Assembly (NCBI GenBank): GCA_003280025.1 | Contig: QCGD01000002.1 | Location: 104,835 to 168,834 of the forward strand | Direction of reading: 5' to 3' | Length of the DNA: 64,000 nucleotides | DNA from: Prochlorococcus sp. AG-363-P06 | GTDB taxonomy: Bacteria; Cyanobacteriota; Cyanobacteriia; PCC-6307; Cyanobiaceae | Part shown: piece by piece, positions 55,592 to 64,000 of the stretch | How the letters are laid out: every line of letters starts with the position of its first letter | Position numbering within the stretch: position 1 is the stretch's first letter | The notes under the pieces: model-generated | Seen by the model: only the letters and a program-made list of their open reading frames with translations | The model's database searches: none | Told to the model about the DNA's origin: nothing | Program-made: the position numbers and the translations under genes

Positions 55592-56527
55592 TTGAAACTT
55601 TCCGCTAAAAAATCTTTTTTGAACAATTCAATTTCTCCAATAGATAAAGCATATGAAATATGCCGCCAAGAAACTCAAAAATGGGCTAAAACGTTTTACT
55701 TAGGAACTCTTTTATTACCACTAGAAAAGAGAAAAGCGATTTGGGCGATTTATGTTTGGTGTAGAAGAACAGACGAGATTATGGATAGCCTAGAAGCTTC
55801 AACTAAATCGAAAGATGAATTATCAGATAACTTAAATGAATGGGAAGAAAATACCAAAAATATATTTAAAGGAAATATAAAATCAGAATTAGATGCGGTT
55901 CTTGTAGATACAATCGAGAAATATCCACAAAGTATTCAACCTTATTTAGACATGATTGAAGGACAAAGGATGGATCTATACAAATTTAGATATAAGAATT
56001 TCTCTGAATTAAAACTATACTGTTATCGTGTCGCAGGAACAGTTGGTTTAATGACTCAAAATGTTATGGGCATAGATAAAGCATATACATCAGCCCCATG
56101 GAGTAACAAGCCTGACCCTTCAGAAGCAGCGATAGCTTTGGGCATAGCTAATCAATTAACTAACATTTTAAGAGATGTAGGGGAAGATAGGCAAAGAGGT
56201 AGAATCTATTTACCTCAGGAAGATATAGAGAAATTTAATTATTCTGAAAAAGAACTATTAAACGGTGAAATAAATAATCAATGGAGAATACTTATGAACT
56301 TTCAATTAACCAGAGCTAGGGATTGGTTCCAAAAATCCGAAGATGGAATTAAGTGGTTATCTGCAGATGCGAGATGGCCAGTATGGACATCATTACGCCT
56401 TTACAGAGGAATATTAGATTCTATTGAAAGGTTAGATTATGATGTTTTCAATAATAGGGCTTTTGTAAAAAATTCTGTAAAAGCTTTTGAACTGCCAATA
56501 TCTTTTTTAATCTCTAGGATTAGATAA
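55592..56527 (+). CDS. crtB: 15-cis-phytoene synthase
   Basis: TTG start. Has YVWCRRTDE, YCYRVAGTVGLM and RDVGEDRQRGRIYLP. Confidence 0.9.
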   Translation: MKLSAKKSFLNNSISPIDKAYEICRQETQKWAKTFYLGTLLLPLEKRKAIWAIYVWCRRTDEIMDSLEASTKSKDELSDNLNEWEENTKNIFKGNIKSELDAVLVDTIEKYPQSIQPYLDMIEGQRMDLYKFRYKNFSELKLYCYRVAGTVGLMTQNVMGIDKAYTSAPWSNKPDPSEAAIALGIANQLTNILRDVGEDRQRGRIYLPQEDIEKFNYSEKELLNGEINNQWRILMNFQLTRARDWFQKSEDGIKWLSADARWPVWTSLRLYRGILDSIERLDYDVFNNRAFVKNSVKAFELPISFLISRIR

Positions 56528-56944
56528 TTAGGCAGGTGTCTTCTGATTCGCTAATAAATCTTTTAACTTGGAAAGTTCCCCAGCCCATCTTGGATCAGGA
56601 GCTTCGAGATTAGGTGCATCACTATGAACAATTTTCTTAAAGTCTTTCCTCTTCTTATTCCTATTAGAGTTTGCATTATTTCTTTTACTTGAAGAATCTT
56701 TCTTTTCTGATAATTCCACCCTCAACTTAGAACCATTAAATTCAAAGCCATTTAATTTTTCAATTATTAAATTAGCATTATCTTCATTATTGGTTGAAGC
56801 GAAACCAAATCCTCTACACTCTTTAGTTTCTTTATCTAAAACTGGTTTAAATCTAATAGAGTCAGAAACTGATTTTAAAATACTATCAAATTCTTTTGGA
56901 TTAAACCCTTGTGGTAAATTACCAATGTAAATACGAATGCCCAT
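56528..56944 (-). CDS. RRM-type RNA-binding protein
   Basis: RNP2 IYIGNL and RNP1 RGFGFA, with a basic Ser/Asn/Lys-rich C-terminal tail. Confidence 0.85.
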   Translation of the reverse strand: MGIRIYIGNLPQGFNPKEFDSILKSVSDSIRFKPVLDKETKECRGFGFASTNNEDNANLIIEKLNGFEFNGSKLRVELSEKKDSSSKRNNANSNRNKKRKDFKKIVHSDAPNLEAPDPRWAGELSKLKDLLANQKTPA

Positions 56945-57001
56945 AAATTTTAAAAAATGATTTAAAGTCCGAACTTTTAAACAAAACTAAGCTATGTGTA
57001 T

Positions 57002-58249
57002 TTAATCACATTTTGGCGCATTTTGTTCAATCCATCGTTTTGCTTTATAAATAGCTTCATCTAAATTGTGTAACCTATTAAATGCAAGCTCCTTTGAAAG
57101 GTAATATAGAAGCTTTCCAATAAGAGGGCTATTATCAATTTTTAAATGTTGTTTAATTAAATCGCCATTTAATAAGTTTGTGGGATGAAATAATTTATCA
57201 TCCTTATCTCGCCATCTATTTAGCCAATCTGTACGTAAATTTTGAGGCAAGTAAAAAATAAAAGAGGGAAGAATACCTTCTAATTCTTTATGTAAAACAA
57301 ATCTATCTAATTCATTTAACTGAGAAATATTTCTTTTTCTTAAGATAAGATGCCACTTTCTTAATAACTTAGCTTTTACGATGTCAGCTTTACTAAATTT
57401 AAATTTCTCCAAGGAGAACTCATCTAAAATTTGAACTATAAAAAACAAAGGTAAAAATTCATCCTTTTCACTTTGACTAAGTAGTTCATAATTAATGCTC
57501 TCCAAATCTATAAAGAAAGAATCTTTATATAAGGTTTCAAATCCGAATATGTTAAATTTTTGCACCAATAAAATAGATTCAACAGCATTTATCCCCCTAA
57601 CTATTCTCTGTATCTCATAATTAATTCTCTCTTCCGCAGCAAGAGTTATTTTACCTCTATTTTTTTTTATAAAATATATTAATTGGTGATCAATCTTGAA
57701 ATTAAGTTCTGAAACAAAACGGAAGCACCTTAAAATCCGTAATGGATCATCAAGCAAATTTTGTGTTGAATAAGTTCTAAGTAACGAAAGTTCAAGATCT
57801 TTTATTCCATTTAATGGATCAAGCAAGCAATTTTTCTCAAACAAAAAAGCAATTGCATTTATTGAAAAATCTCTACTTTTCAAATCTCCTTCGATAGTGG
57901 GAGAAATCTGTTTGGCAATATCAATTGAAATATGATTCATAATAATTCTTACAACTCCTCTTTCTTTATCCAAGACAATCAATTTTCCTTTAAATTTATC
58001 CGAAATTTTTTCTCCAATATCAATTGGATTTGAAGGAACTACAATGTCAACATCCACTTCTAAACTCATTCTTCCAAGAATAATATCTCTTATATAACCA
58101 CCCACTAAAAATGATCCTGCAGGCAAAAAAGATAAAATAAAATCCCAATTATAAATTTTTATACTTCTTTCTAATTCATTAATTATTAGTGTATGATCTT
58201 TATAAAATTTATTTTTTTCATTTTCTTTATTTTGTATGTGCATTTGCAT
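57002..58249 (-). CDS. tRNA nucleotidyltransferase (CCA-adding) / poly(A) polymerase family protein
   Basis: Has LVGGYIRDIILGR, DVDIV, RDFSINA and DPLRILR. The start is uncertain (ATG at 58249 or 58243). Confidence 0.8.
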   Translation of the reverse strand: MQMHIQNKENEKNKFYKDHTLIINELERSIKIYNWDFILSFLPAGSFLVGGYIRDIILGRMSLEVDVDIVVPSNPIDIGEKISDKFKGKLIVLDKERGVVRIIMNHISIDIAKQISPTIEGDLKSRDFSINAIAFLFEKNCLLDPLNGIKDLELSLLRTYSTQNLLDDPLRILRCFRFVSELNFKIDHQLIYFIKKNRGKITLAAEERINYEIQRIVRGINAVESILLVQKFNIFGFETLYKDSFFIDLESINYELLSQSEKDEFLPLFFIVQILDEFSLEKFKFSKADIVKAKLLRKWHLILRKRNISQLNELDRFVLHKELEGILPSFIFYLPQNLRTDWLNRWRDKDDKLFHPTNLLNGDLIKQHLKIDNSPLIGKLLYYLSKELAFNRLHNLDEAIYKAKRWIEQNAPKCD

Positions 58250-58487
58250 TAACTGTAGATGGGTTGATAGATGTATGACATATCATGATGTAGAAAATAA
58301 TCATGGTGTTGATCATATTTGCAAGTTGCCTGATTTTAAAGCAAAAAGCCCTTTCATTCATGTAAATATAATTAAAGATAAGAAAGGTGAGTACAGAACT
58401 GAGTGGGATGTTCAATCTTGTGCAAGTTTTTCAGAAGAATTAGGGAAATGGTCTAAATATAATCCTGGATTAGAATTACCTCTTTAA
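58236..58487 (+). CDS. ycf34: Ycf34-like Fe-S protein
   Basis: MCICINCRWVDRCMTYHDVENNHG matches the conserved Ycf34 N-terminal Cys motif. Confidence 0.75.
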   Translation: MCICINCRWVDRCMTYHDVENNHGVDHICKLPDFKAKSPFIHVNIIKDKKGEYRTEWDVQSCASFSEELGKWSKYNPGLELPL

Positions 58488-58493
58488 AGTTAG

Positions 58494-59147
58494 ATGCAAA
58501 ATCAACTTACAAATATATCAAATCAAATCACATTAGCTATACATAGCACTGATAATACTTATGGTTTTGCATACAGAAAAAAAAGTGATTTTGACTCTGA
58601 TAATTTATTTATAAGAAAATTTGACAAGGATTTATGTAATAACTTGATAGTCGATTTCAACAAATTTATTACTAAAGAAAATCTAGAAAGAGTAAATAAA
58701 ATATCCGTTAGTATAGGCCCAGCGAATTTTAATGCTTCAAGACTTATCGTAGTTTTAGCAAGAACTATTGCACAACAAAAAAATTGTCCTTTAGAAAGCT
58801 TTAGTTCTTTTGAATTGATGTCAAAAAGAATTGCTGTAAGAAATAATATATATAAAAAGAATAAATCATTCTGGATTTACAAAAAATTAAAACGGAAAGG
58901 ATTTATCGCTGGTAAATATGTAATTTGTATTTCTGAACAAGATAACAAAAAGCTGGTGATGAAAGAAAAAGTTATTCCAAAAGTAGTTCAAGAATTAGAT
59001 AATAAAGAAAATAATTTTCAAGCTAATTACGACGATGAAACAGATTTAAAGGAATTATTAAATTTATCAAATAAGAAACAAAAAATCTCCACTTTCAACT
59101 CATGGGAAAAAGTTTTACCACTCTATCCTATATCCCCAATTAATTAA
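58494..59147 (+). CDS. Divergent TsaB/YeaZ-like protein (tRNA t6A pathway partner), tentative
   Basis: LAIHSTDNTYGFA at the N-terminus and ISVSIGPANFNASRLIVVLARTIA...PL.SFSSFEL resemble the TsaB pattern (AIDTS.., GPGSFTGLRIG...A..L....P..GVSSLE) but are degenerate. Confidence 0.45.
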   Translation: MQNQLTNISNQITLAIHSTDNTYGFAYRKKSDFDSDNLFIRKFDKDLCNNLIVDFNKFITKENLERVNKISVSIGPANFNASRLIVVLARTIAQQKNCPLESFSSFELMSKRIAVRNNIYKKNKSFWIYKKLKRKGFIAGKYVICISEQDNKKLVMKEKVIPKVVQELDNKENNFQANYDDETDLKELLNLSNKKQKISTFNSWEKVLPLYPISPIN

Positions 59148-59151
59148 TTAT

Positions 59152-59772
59152 TCATCCAATCAAATTATTAATATCTTCCTTTAAACAATTAGTTACCAAA
59201 TTCAAATCCTCTTTAGATGAGCTTTTAGGAGGTTGAACAGGTTCTCCTACTTTAATAACTATTGGTGTAAAAAATGGTATAAAAAATCTAAACCTTATTA
59301 ATCTATGTGAATTAATAATTGCGACTGGCAATAATAATTTTTGGTTCTTAAAAGCTAATAATGCTGCCCCTTGTTTTGGCTTATTAACACGCCCATTTTT
59401 TTGACGGGTACCATCAATAAAAATGCCAATACAATTAGCATTTGATAATTTTTCACAAGCTGTTTTTATAGTATTTTTGTCAGCGATACCTCTTTTAACA
59501 GGATAAGCTCCACAAGCCTTAATAATAAAACCAAGAACAGGAATTTTAAAAAGTTCTGCCTTTGCCATAAAAGATATATTGCGACCTAAAGCATGCCCTA
59601 AAAGCGGAGGGTCAAGTAATGATCCATGATTAGAAACCATTATAAAAGGACCTTTTTGAGGAATATTTTCTTTACCAATTAAATAGCCTTTAAATATAAA
59701 CTTATAAATAGGTAATACAATAAATAGACTTACTAATTGATAAATTAATTTTTGAAAAAAATTATTTTTCAT
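59152..59772 (-). CDS. plsC: 1-acyl-sn-glycerol-3-phosphate acyltransferase
   Basis: HX4D motif (SNHGSLLD), FMAKAELF, and a PVKRG motif. Confidence 0.8.
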   Translation of the reverse strand: MKNNFFQKLIYQLVSLFIVLPIYKFIFKGYLIGKENIPQKGPFIMVSNHGSLLDPPLLGHALGRNISFMAKAELFKIPVLGFIIKACGAYPVKRGIADKNTIKTACEKLSNANCIGIFIDGTRQKNGRVNKPKQGAALLAFKNQKLLLPVAIINSHRLIRFRFFIPFFTPIVIKVGEPVQPPKSSSKEDLNLVTNCLKEDINNLIG

Positions 59773-59777
59773 ACAAA

Positions 59778-60674
59778 TTAATATGTTAATTGATCTGAAG
59801 ATGAAACTTGAGAAATTTTTACATCCTTCAAGTGTCTTTTACATAAACCACTTAATATATTAGAAGGGCCAATTTCAACAATATGAAGATCACTTTCTTC
59901 TGACATTAAATCCATCGTTTCGCGCCATCTAACACCATTGCACATTTGATTTTCCAATCTACTTTTAAGTTCGTCGGAATCATTACAAAGAGATGGATAA
60001 TAGTTACTAATGACTGGGAAAGAAGGAGTATTAAAATTAATAGTTTTTAAATACTCAGTAAATTTAATTGAAGGCTCTTTCATAAATGGTGAATGAAAAG
60101 CTCCTGAAACATTTAATTTCAAAAATCTTTTACAAGAAATTTCTTTAGAAAAGTTATCTAATGCTAATTCAGAACCTGACAAGACAACTTGAGCAGAACT
60201 ATTATCATTTGCAATAACAATGTCATCAGTTTTATCTACTAATAAATCAAGTTCATTTCTATCAAAACCAATTACTGCCGCCATAGATCCTTTTCCAGCA
60301 TTGGCCATTAATTCAGATCTTACTTTTATAAGAGATACGCAATCTTCAAAAGAAAAAACGTCCGCGCAATATAATGCAGTGATTTCCCCTAAACTATGGC
60401 CAGCAACATAATTTGGTTTATAGCCATTTGCTTTTAAGTTATCTAACAAAACTGATTCAACTAGAAAAAGACAAATTTGTGTATTCCTTGTATTATTTAT
60501 ATCTTGCAAAAAATTCGTTGAATCAGGATTTAACTCACAAATTTGAAATAAATTTCTTTCAAACACCTCAGAAGCATAATTAAATCTTGTTTTTGCATTT
60601 GGCAAACTTTCAATTTGTTTTGCCATTCCAATTTTTTGCGAACCCTGTCCAGGGAATACCCATACAACTGTCAT
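59778..60674 (-). CDS. fabD: Malonyl-CoA:ACP transacylase
   Basis: Has FPGQGSQ, the active-site GHSLGE, and SGAFHSPFM. Confidence 0.92.
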   Translation of the reverse strand: MTVVWVFPGQGSQKIGMAKQIESLPNAKTRFNYASEVFERNLFQICELNPDSTNFLQDINNTRNTQICLFLVESVLLDNLKANGYKPNYVAGHSLGEITALYCADVFSFEDCVSLIKVRSELMANAGKGSMAAVIGFDRNELDLLVDKTDDIVIANDNSSAQVVLSGSELALDNFSKEISCKRFLKLNVSGAFHSPFMKEPSIKFTEYLKTINFNTPSFPVISNYYPSLCNDSDELKSRLENQMCNGVRWRETMDLMSEESDLHIVEIGPSNILSGLCKRHLKDVKISQVSSSDQLTY

Positions 60675-60697
60675 AATAATAATTTACCTATTTTGTT

Positions 60698-61705
60698 TTA
60701 ACCCCATTTAATGAGGGCTGCACCCCAACTTAACCCAGCCCCAAAACCACTTGTAGCAATAATATCATTTTGTTTAATTGTATTATTTCTAATAGCCTCA
60801 TCAATCATTAAAGGAATTGTTCCTGCAGAGGTATTTCCATAATTTTGTAAATTACTAAGAATCTTTTCTTTAGAAAATTTTAGTTTATCTCCTACAGAAT
60901 CTAATATTCTTTGATTAGCTTGATGCAATAAAAGCCAATCAACTTTTTCAGAATTATAATTTGCCTTTTTAAATAAATCTTTAATAATTAAAGGAACTTC
61001 TCTGACTGCAAATTTATATACTTCCTGACCGTTCATCTGAATTGGATAAAAACCACCACTAGAATACTCGATCTTATCAATTATGGATTCTTTTTTATTC
61101 TTTGATGGGAGATTTAGAAAAGAACCCCTTTGCCCATCAGTTCTCATATTAAATCCAATCAAATTATCAAATTCAGTTGTTGCTTCGATGGCTATTGCAC
61201 CAGCACCATCTCCAAATAAAATACAACTTCTTCTATCATTCCAATCAACATAGCTTGACATTTGATCTGCACCAATAACTATAGCTCTTTTATAACTTCC
61301 ACCTTTTAAAAATTGAGAGGCTGTTATTAAAGAAAATAAGAATCCACTACAGGCTGCAGTTAAATCAAAAGCCACGGCATTATTTGCACATAATTTAGCT
61401 TGAATAGCAGGCGCAGAACCAAATAAATCATTCGGTGTAGAAGTAGCTAAAACTATCAGGTCAATTGTTTCAACATCCCATTTTGCCATCTGAATTGCTG
61501 ACATGGCAGCCTTATAACCCATCTGAGTTACATTTTCTTCTAAACCAGCAATCCTTCTCTGAGAAATACCTGTTCTAGATTTTATCCATTCATCACTTGT
61601 ATCTACCTTATTACTAATTTTATGATTAGTAAGTATTTGATTAGGCACATAACTTCCACTTCCTTTGAATGAGACTCCAATCTGATTAAAATTTATTCCT
61701 TCCAA
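60698..61705 (-). CDS. fabH: 3-oxoacyl-ACP synthase III
   Basis: Active-site AACSGF, plus HQAN.RI and GNTSAG.IP. Confidence 0.93.
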   Translation of the reverse strand: MEGINFNQIGVSFKGSGSYVPNQILTNHKISNKVDTSDEWIKSRTGISQRRIAGLEENVTQMGYKAAMSAIQMAKWDVETIDLIVLATSTPNDLFGSAPAIQAKLCANNAVAFDLTAACSGFLFSLITASQFLKGGSYKRAIVIGADQMSSYVDWNDRRSCILFGDGAGAIAIEATTEFDNLIGFNMRTDGQRGSFLNLPSKNKKESIIDKIEYSSGGFYPIQMNGQEVYKFAVREVPLIIKDLFKKANYNSEKVDWLLLHQANQRILDSVGDKLKFSKEKILSNLQNYGNTSAGTIPLMIDEAIRNNTIKQNDIIATSGFGAGLSWGAALIKWG

Positions 61706-61759
61706 AAGAGTTTTTTAATTACTTATATAAGTGAACCATAAAATTTGACAAAATATGTT

Positions 61760-63112
61760 TTAAGAATTTAAAACATGAAGCTTTTGAAGTTGATTTAAAT
61801 TCTCCATGACATCATGATTTACTGCAGAATGAGCTAATCGCAGAGCACTAACTACAGATAAAGACTTACTACTCCCATGTCCAATAACACAAATTCCATT
61901 AACTCCAAGTAATAAAGCACCACCATGCTCAGCATGATCTAACCTTTTTTTTATTCTGAGTAGATTACTCTTTAAAAAAGCAGAACCAACTTTACCTCTT
62001 CTGCCCCTTGGTAGTTCAGACCTTAAAATGTCTAATAAAACTCCTCCCACAGACTCAAGAAATTTAAGTAATATATTTCCTGTGAAGCCATCGCAAACAA
62101 CGACATCAAAACTACCAGACAAAACATCCCTACCTTCACAATTACCTACAAAATCAAAACTTTTTTCATTGGAAAGTAATTGAAATGTTTTAAGAGATAA
62201 ATCATTACCTTTGCATTCTTCTTCTCCAATATTTAATAAACCAATTCGAGGTTTTTTAATTTGTAAAACATCTTTGGCATAAATATTACCAAGAAGGGCA
62301 AACTGATGCAGATAAGAGGGCTTGCAATCAGTATTTGCTCCAACATCTAACACTAATACAGGTCGCGTTTGGTCCCTTGTAGGGAATAAGGCACCAATAG
62401 CTGGTCTTTCAATACCTTTTAACCTGCCAAGTCTAAAAATAGCAGAGGCCATCATAGCTCCTGAATTACCTGCGGAATAAACAGCTTTTGCTTGATTACT
62501 CTTTACTAAATCCATCGCAACATTTACACTCGCATTTTTTCTTTTCCTGACAGCAGTAGCTTCTTCGTTCATACCTATAGGGTCTCCACTATCAATTAAT
62601 TCGCAGCGATTGTTATCAATTTCTTTTTCTAGCAATTCTAGTAAACCGACGTTTTCTGCTTCATTTCTTACTTTTTCAATGTTCCCAACAAACTTTATAT
62701 TTATTGGAAATCTGCTTATCGCATCAAGGCAACCCTCAAGAATTGGAGCAGGAGCATAATCTCCACCCATACCATCAACTGCAATCCAAATCCTCTCAGC
62801 ATTTGATTCGTATTCTTTATTTAAATCATTATCGCTATTTTGTAATCTTTTTAAAGGATCAAAAACTAATGGCTGTAATGTATTTTTTGCTAATGAACTA
62901 GCATTTGAAACTACACTGCTAGCAGTATTAACAACAGATTCAGCACTTGAAACTACGTTTTCCGCAACATTACCAGCAACATTACTTGCAGTAACAGCAG
63001 AATTTGCAGCGGTATCAACTATAGAGGTCACAGCTGAGTTCCTTTTATACCAAATAACTAATCTTCTGATAGCTCTTGGCTTATTAATTTTATTTAAAGT
63101 CTCTTTTCCCAT
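61760..63112 (-). CDS. plsX: Phosphate acyltransferase PlsX with a roughly 106-aa N-terminal extension
   Basis: The canonical domain begins at RIWIAVDGMGGDYAP (residue about 107) and continues with GLLNIGEE and VVCDGFTGN. The ORF start abuts the rpaB stop. Confidence 0.88.
   Translation of the reverse strand: MGKETLNKINKPRAIRRLVIWYKRNSAVTSIVDTAANSAVTASNVAGNVAENVVSSAESVVNTASSVVSNASSLAKNTLQPLVFDPLKRLQNSDNDLNKEYESNAERIWIAVDGMGGDYAPAPILEGCLDAISRFPINIKFVGNIEKVRNEAENVGLLELLEKEIDNNRCELIDSGDPIGMNEEATAVRKRKNASVNVAMDLVKSNQAKAVYSAGNSGAMMASAIFRLGRLKGIERPAIGALFPTRDQTRPVLVLDVGANTDCKPSYLHQFALLGNIYAKDVLQIKKPRIGLLNIGEEECKGNDLSLKTFQLLSNEKSFDFVGNCEGRDVLSGSFDVVVCDGFTGNILLKFLESVGGVLLDILRSELPRGRRGKVGSAFLKSNLLRIKKRLDHAEHGGALLLGVNGICVIGHGSSKSLSVVSALRLAHSAVNHDVMENLNQLQKLHVLNS
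62879..63040 (-). repeat. Imperfect in-frame tandem repeats encoding an A/S/N/V-rich segment of the PlsX extension
   Basis: GCAACATTAC occurs at 62964-62973 and 62976-62985 (12-nt spacing). GCAYTTGAAACTAC occurs at 62901-62914 and 62943-62956 (42-nt spacing). The encoded protein reads NVAGNVAENVVSSAESVVNTASSVVSNASS. Confidence 0.6.
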
Positions 63113-63859
63113 TTACTTACCATCAAAAGGAGAAATATCTACAATTCTTTGAAAGAGATATCCTGTACCTCTCGCTGTAAGAATTAATTCAGGATTTGCA
63201 GGGTCAGCTTCTAACTTTGATCTGAGTCTTGATATATGAACGTCCACTACTCTTGTATCTACATGTCTTTCGGGTGTATAACCCCAAACCTCCTTCAATA
63301 TCTCTCCTCGACTAAAAGGCTCTCCTGACCTACTTACTAAAAGCTCCAGAAGACTAAATTCCATTCCAGTTAATCTAATTCTTTCATCGCTTTTGAAAAC
63401 TTGTCTTCTATTTGTATCAATTTTTATATCCGTTACCAAAATTAAACCTGAATTAGGCATTCCTGGCATTTGTTCTTTATCTATTCTTCTTAAAACGCAC
63501 CTAATTCTAGCTTCTAGCTCTTTAGGACTAAAAGGTTTGACAACATAATCATCAGCTCCTAATTCTAAACCTGTTATTCTATCAGCGACATCTCCTAATG
63601 CAGTTAACATTACAATCGGCACATCAGAGTCTTTTCGTAATTCTTGGCAAACTCCATACCCATCTAATTTAGGCATCATGACATCAAGCACAACTAAATC
63701 AGGCTCATAATCATTGAATAACTTTAGTGCTTCTTTACCATCACATGCAGTGACAACTTTGTAACCAATCATAGAGAGACGTGTCTCTAGAATTCTTCTA
63801 ATGCTTGCCTCGTCATCAGCAACCAGTATTGTTTCTTTAGTTTGACTAGATACAGCCAT
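63113..63859 (-). CDS. rpaB: OmpR-family response regulator RpaB (Ycf27)
   Basis: 248 aa. Has ILVADDEASIRRILETRLSMIGY, VVLDVMMPKLDGYGVCQELR, MLTALG and DDYVVKPFSPKELEARIR, plus a winged-helix C-terminus (TVRGTGY-like ARGTGYLF). Confidence 0.9.
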   Translation of the reverse strand: MAVSSQTKETILVADDEASIRRILETRLSMIGYKVVTACDGKEALKLFNDYEPDLVVLDVMMPKLDGYGVCQELRKDSDVPIVMLTALGDVADRITGLELGADDYVVKPFSPKELEARIRCVLRRIDKEQMPGMPNSGLILVTDIKIDTNRRQVFKSDERIRLTGMEFSLLELLVSRSGEPFSRGEILKEVWGYTPERHVDTRVVDVHISRLRSKLEADPANPELILTARGTGYLFQRIVDISPFDGK

Positions 63860-63966
63860 TTGTTTCTATTAGCTAATCAGTGAGAGAATTTATTCTTATC
63901 CTAATCTAACTTGTAGAGGGGCAATATCCAAAACATATAAGTCCGTCTTTCTATTAAATAACCTTA

Positions 63967-64000
63967 ATGTCTAGTAAATTTTCGACTTTTATTTGTCAGA
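63967..64000 (+). CDS. 5' end of an ORF running off the window (possibly radA/sms)
   Basis: ATG 63967 gives MSSKFSTFICQ.., which resembles the start of RadA just before its zinc-finger CxxCG. Only 11 codons are visible. Confidence 0.25.
   Translation, partial: MSSKFSTFICQ

Overview
This is an AT-rich, very compact window that is almost entirely protein-coding. Its gene content includes NDH-1 subunits ndhH/A/I/G/E/D/F/M, pds-crtB, chlM, ycf34, rpaB, the phylloquinone men genes, fabH-fabD-plsX-plsC and rplJ-rplL. With the AT-biased codon usage and tiny spacers, this looks like core chromosome of a marine picocyanobacterium, most consistent with a high-light-adapted Prochlorococcus. I support about 71 CDS, one clear intrinsic terminator and one recoding site. 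I could not find any rRNA, tRNA, CRISPR array, transposase, integrase or island-like block. I did not find a convincing novel multi-gene system and I do not want to invent one. The most checkable oddities are: (1) gshB is split across two frames inside an A8 homopolymer. (2) prfB has the classical +1 frameshift site. (3) PlsX carries a roughly 106-aa repeat-containing N-terminal extension that appears to be obligatorily translated. (4) nadK and a CYTH-domain gene follow ndhA-I-G-E co-linearly. (5) ndhM overlaps a DUF3172-like gene by GTGA. (6) An NnrU/Z-ISO-like gene sits near pds-crtB. (7) A receiver-less LuxR HTH protein has a Cys-rich tail. All product calls come from reading motifs in the supplied translations; no database search was run.
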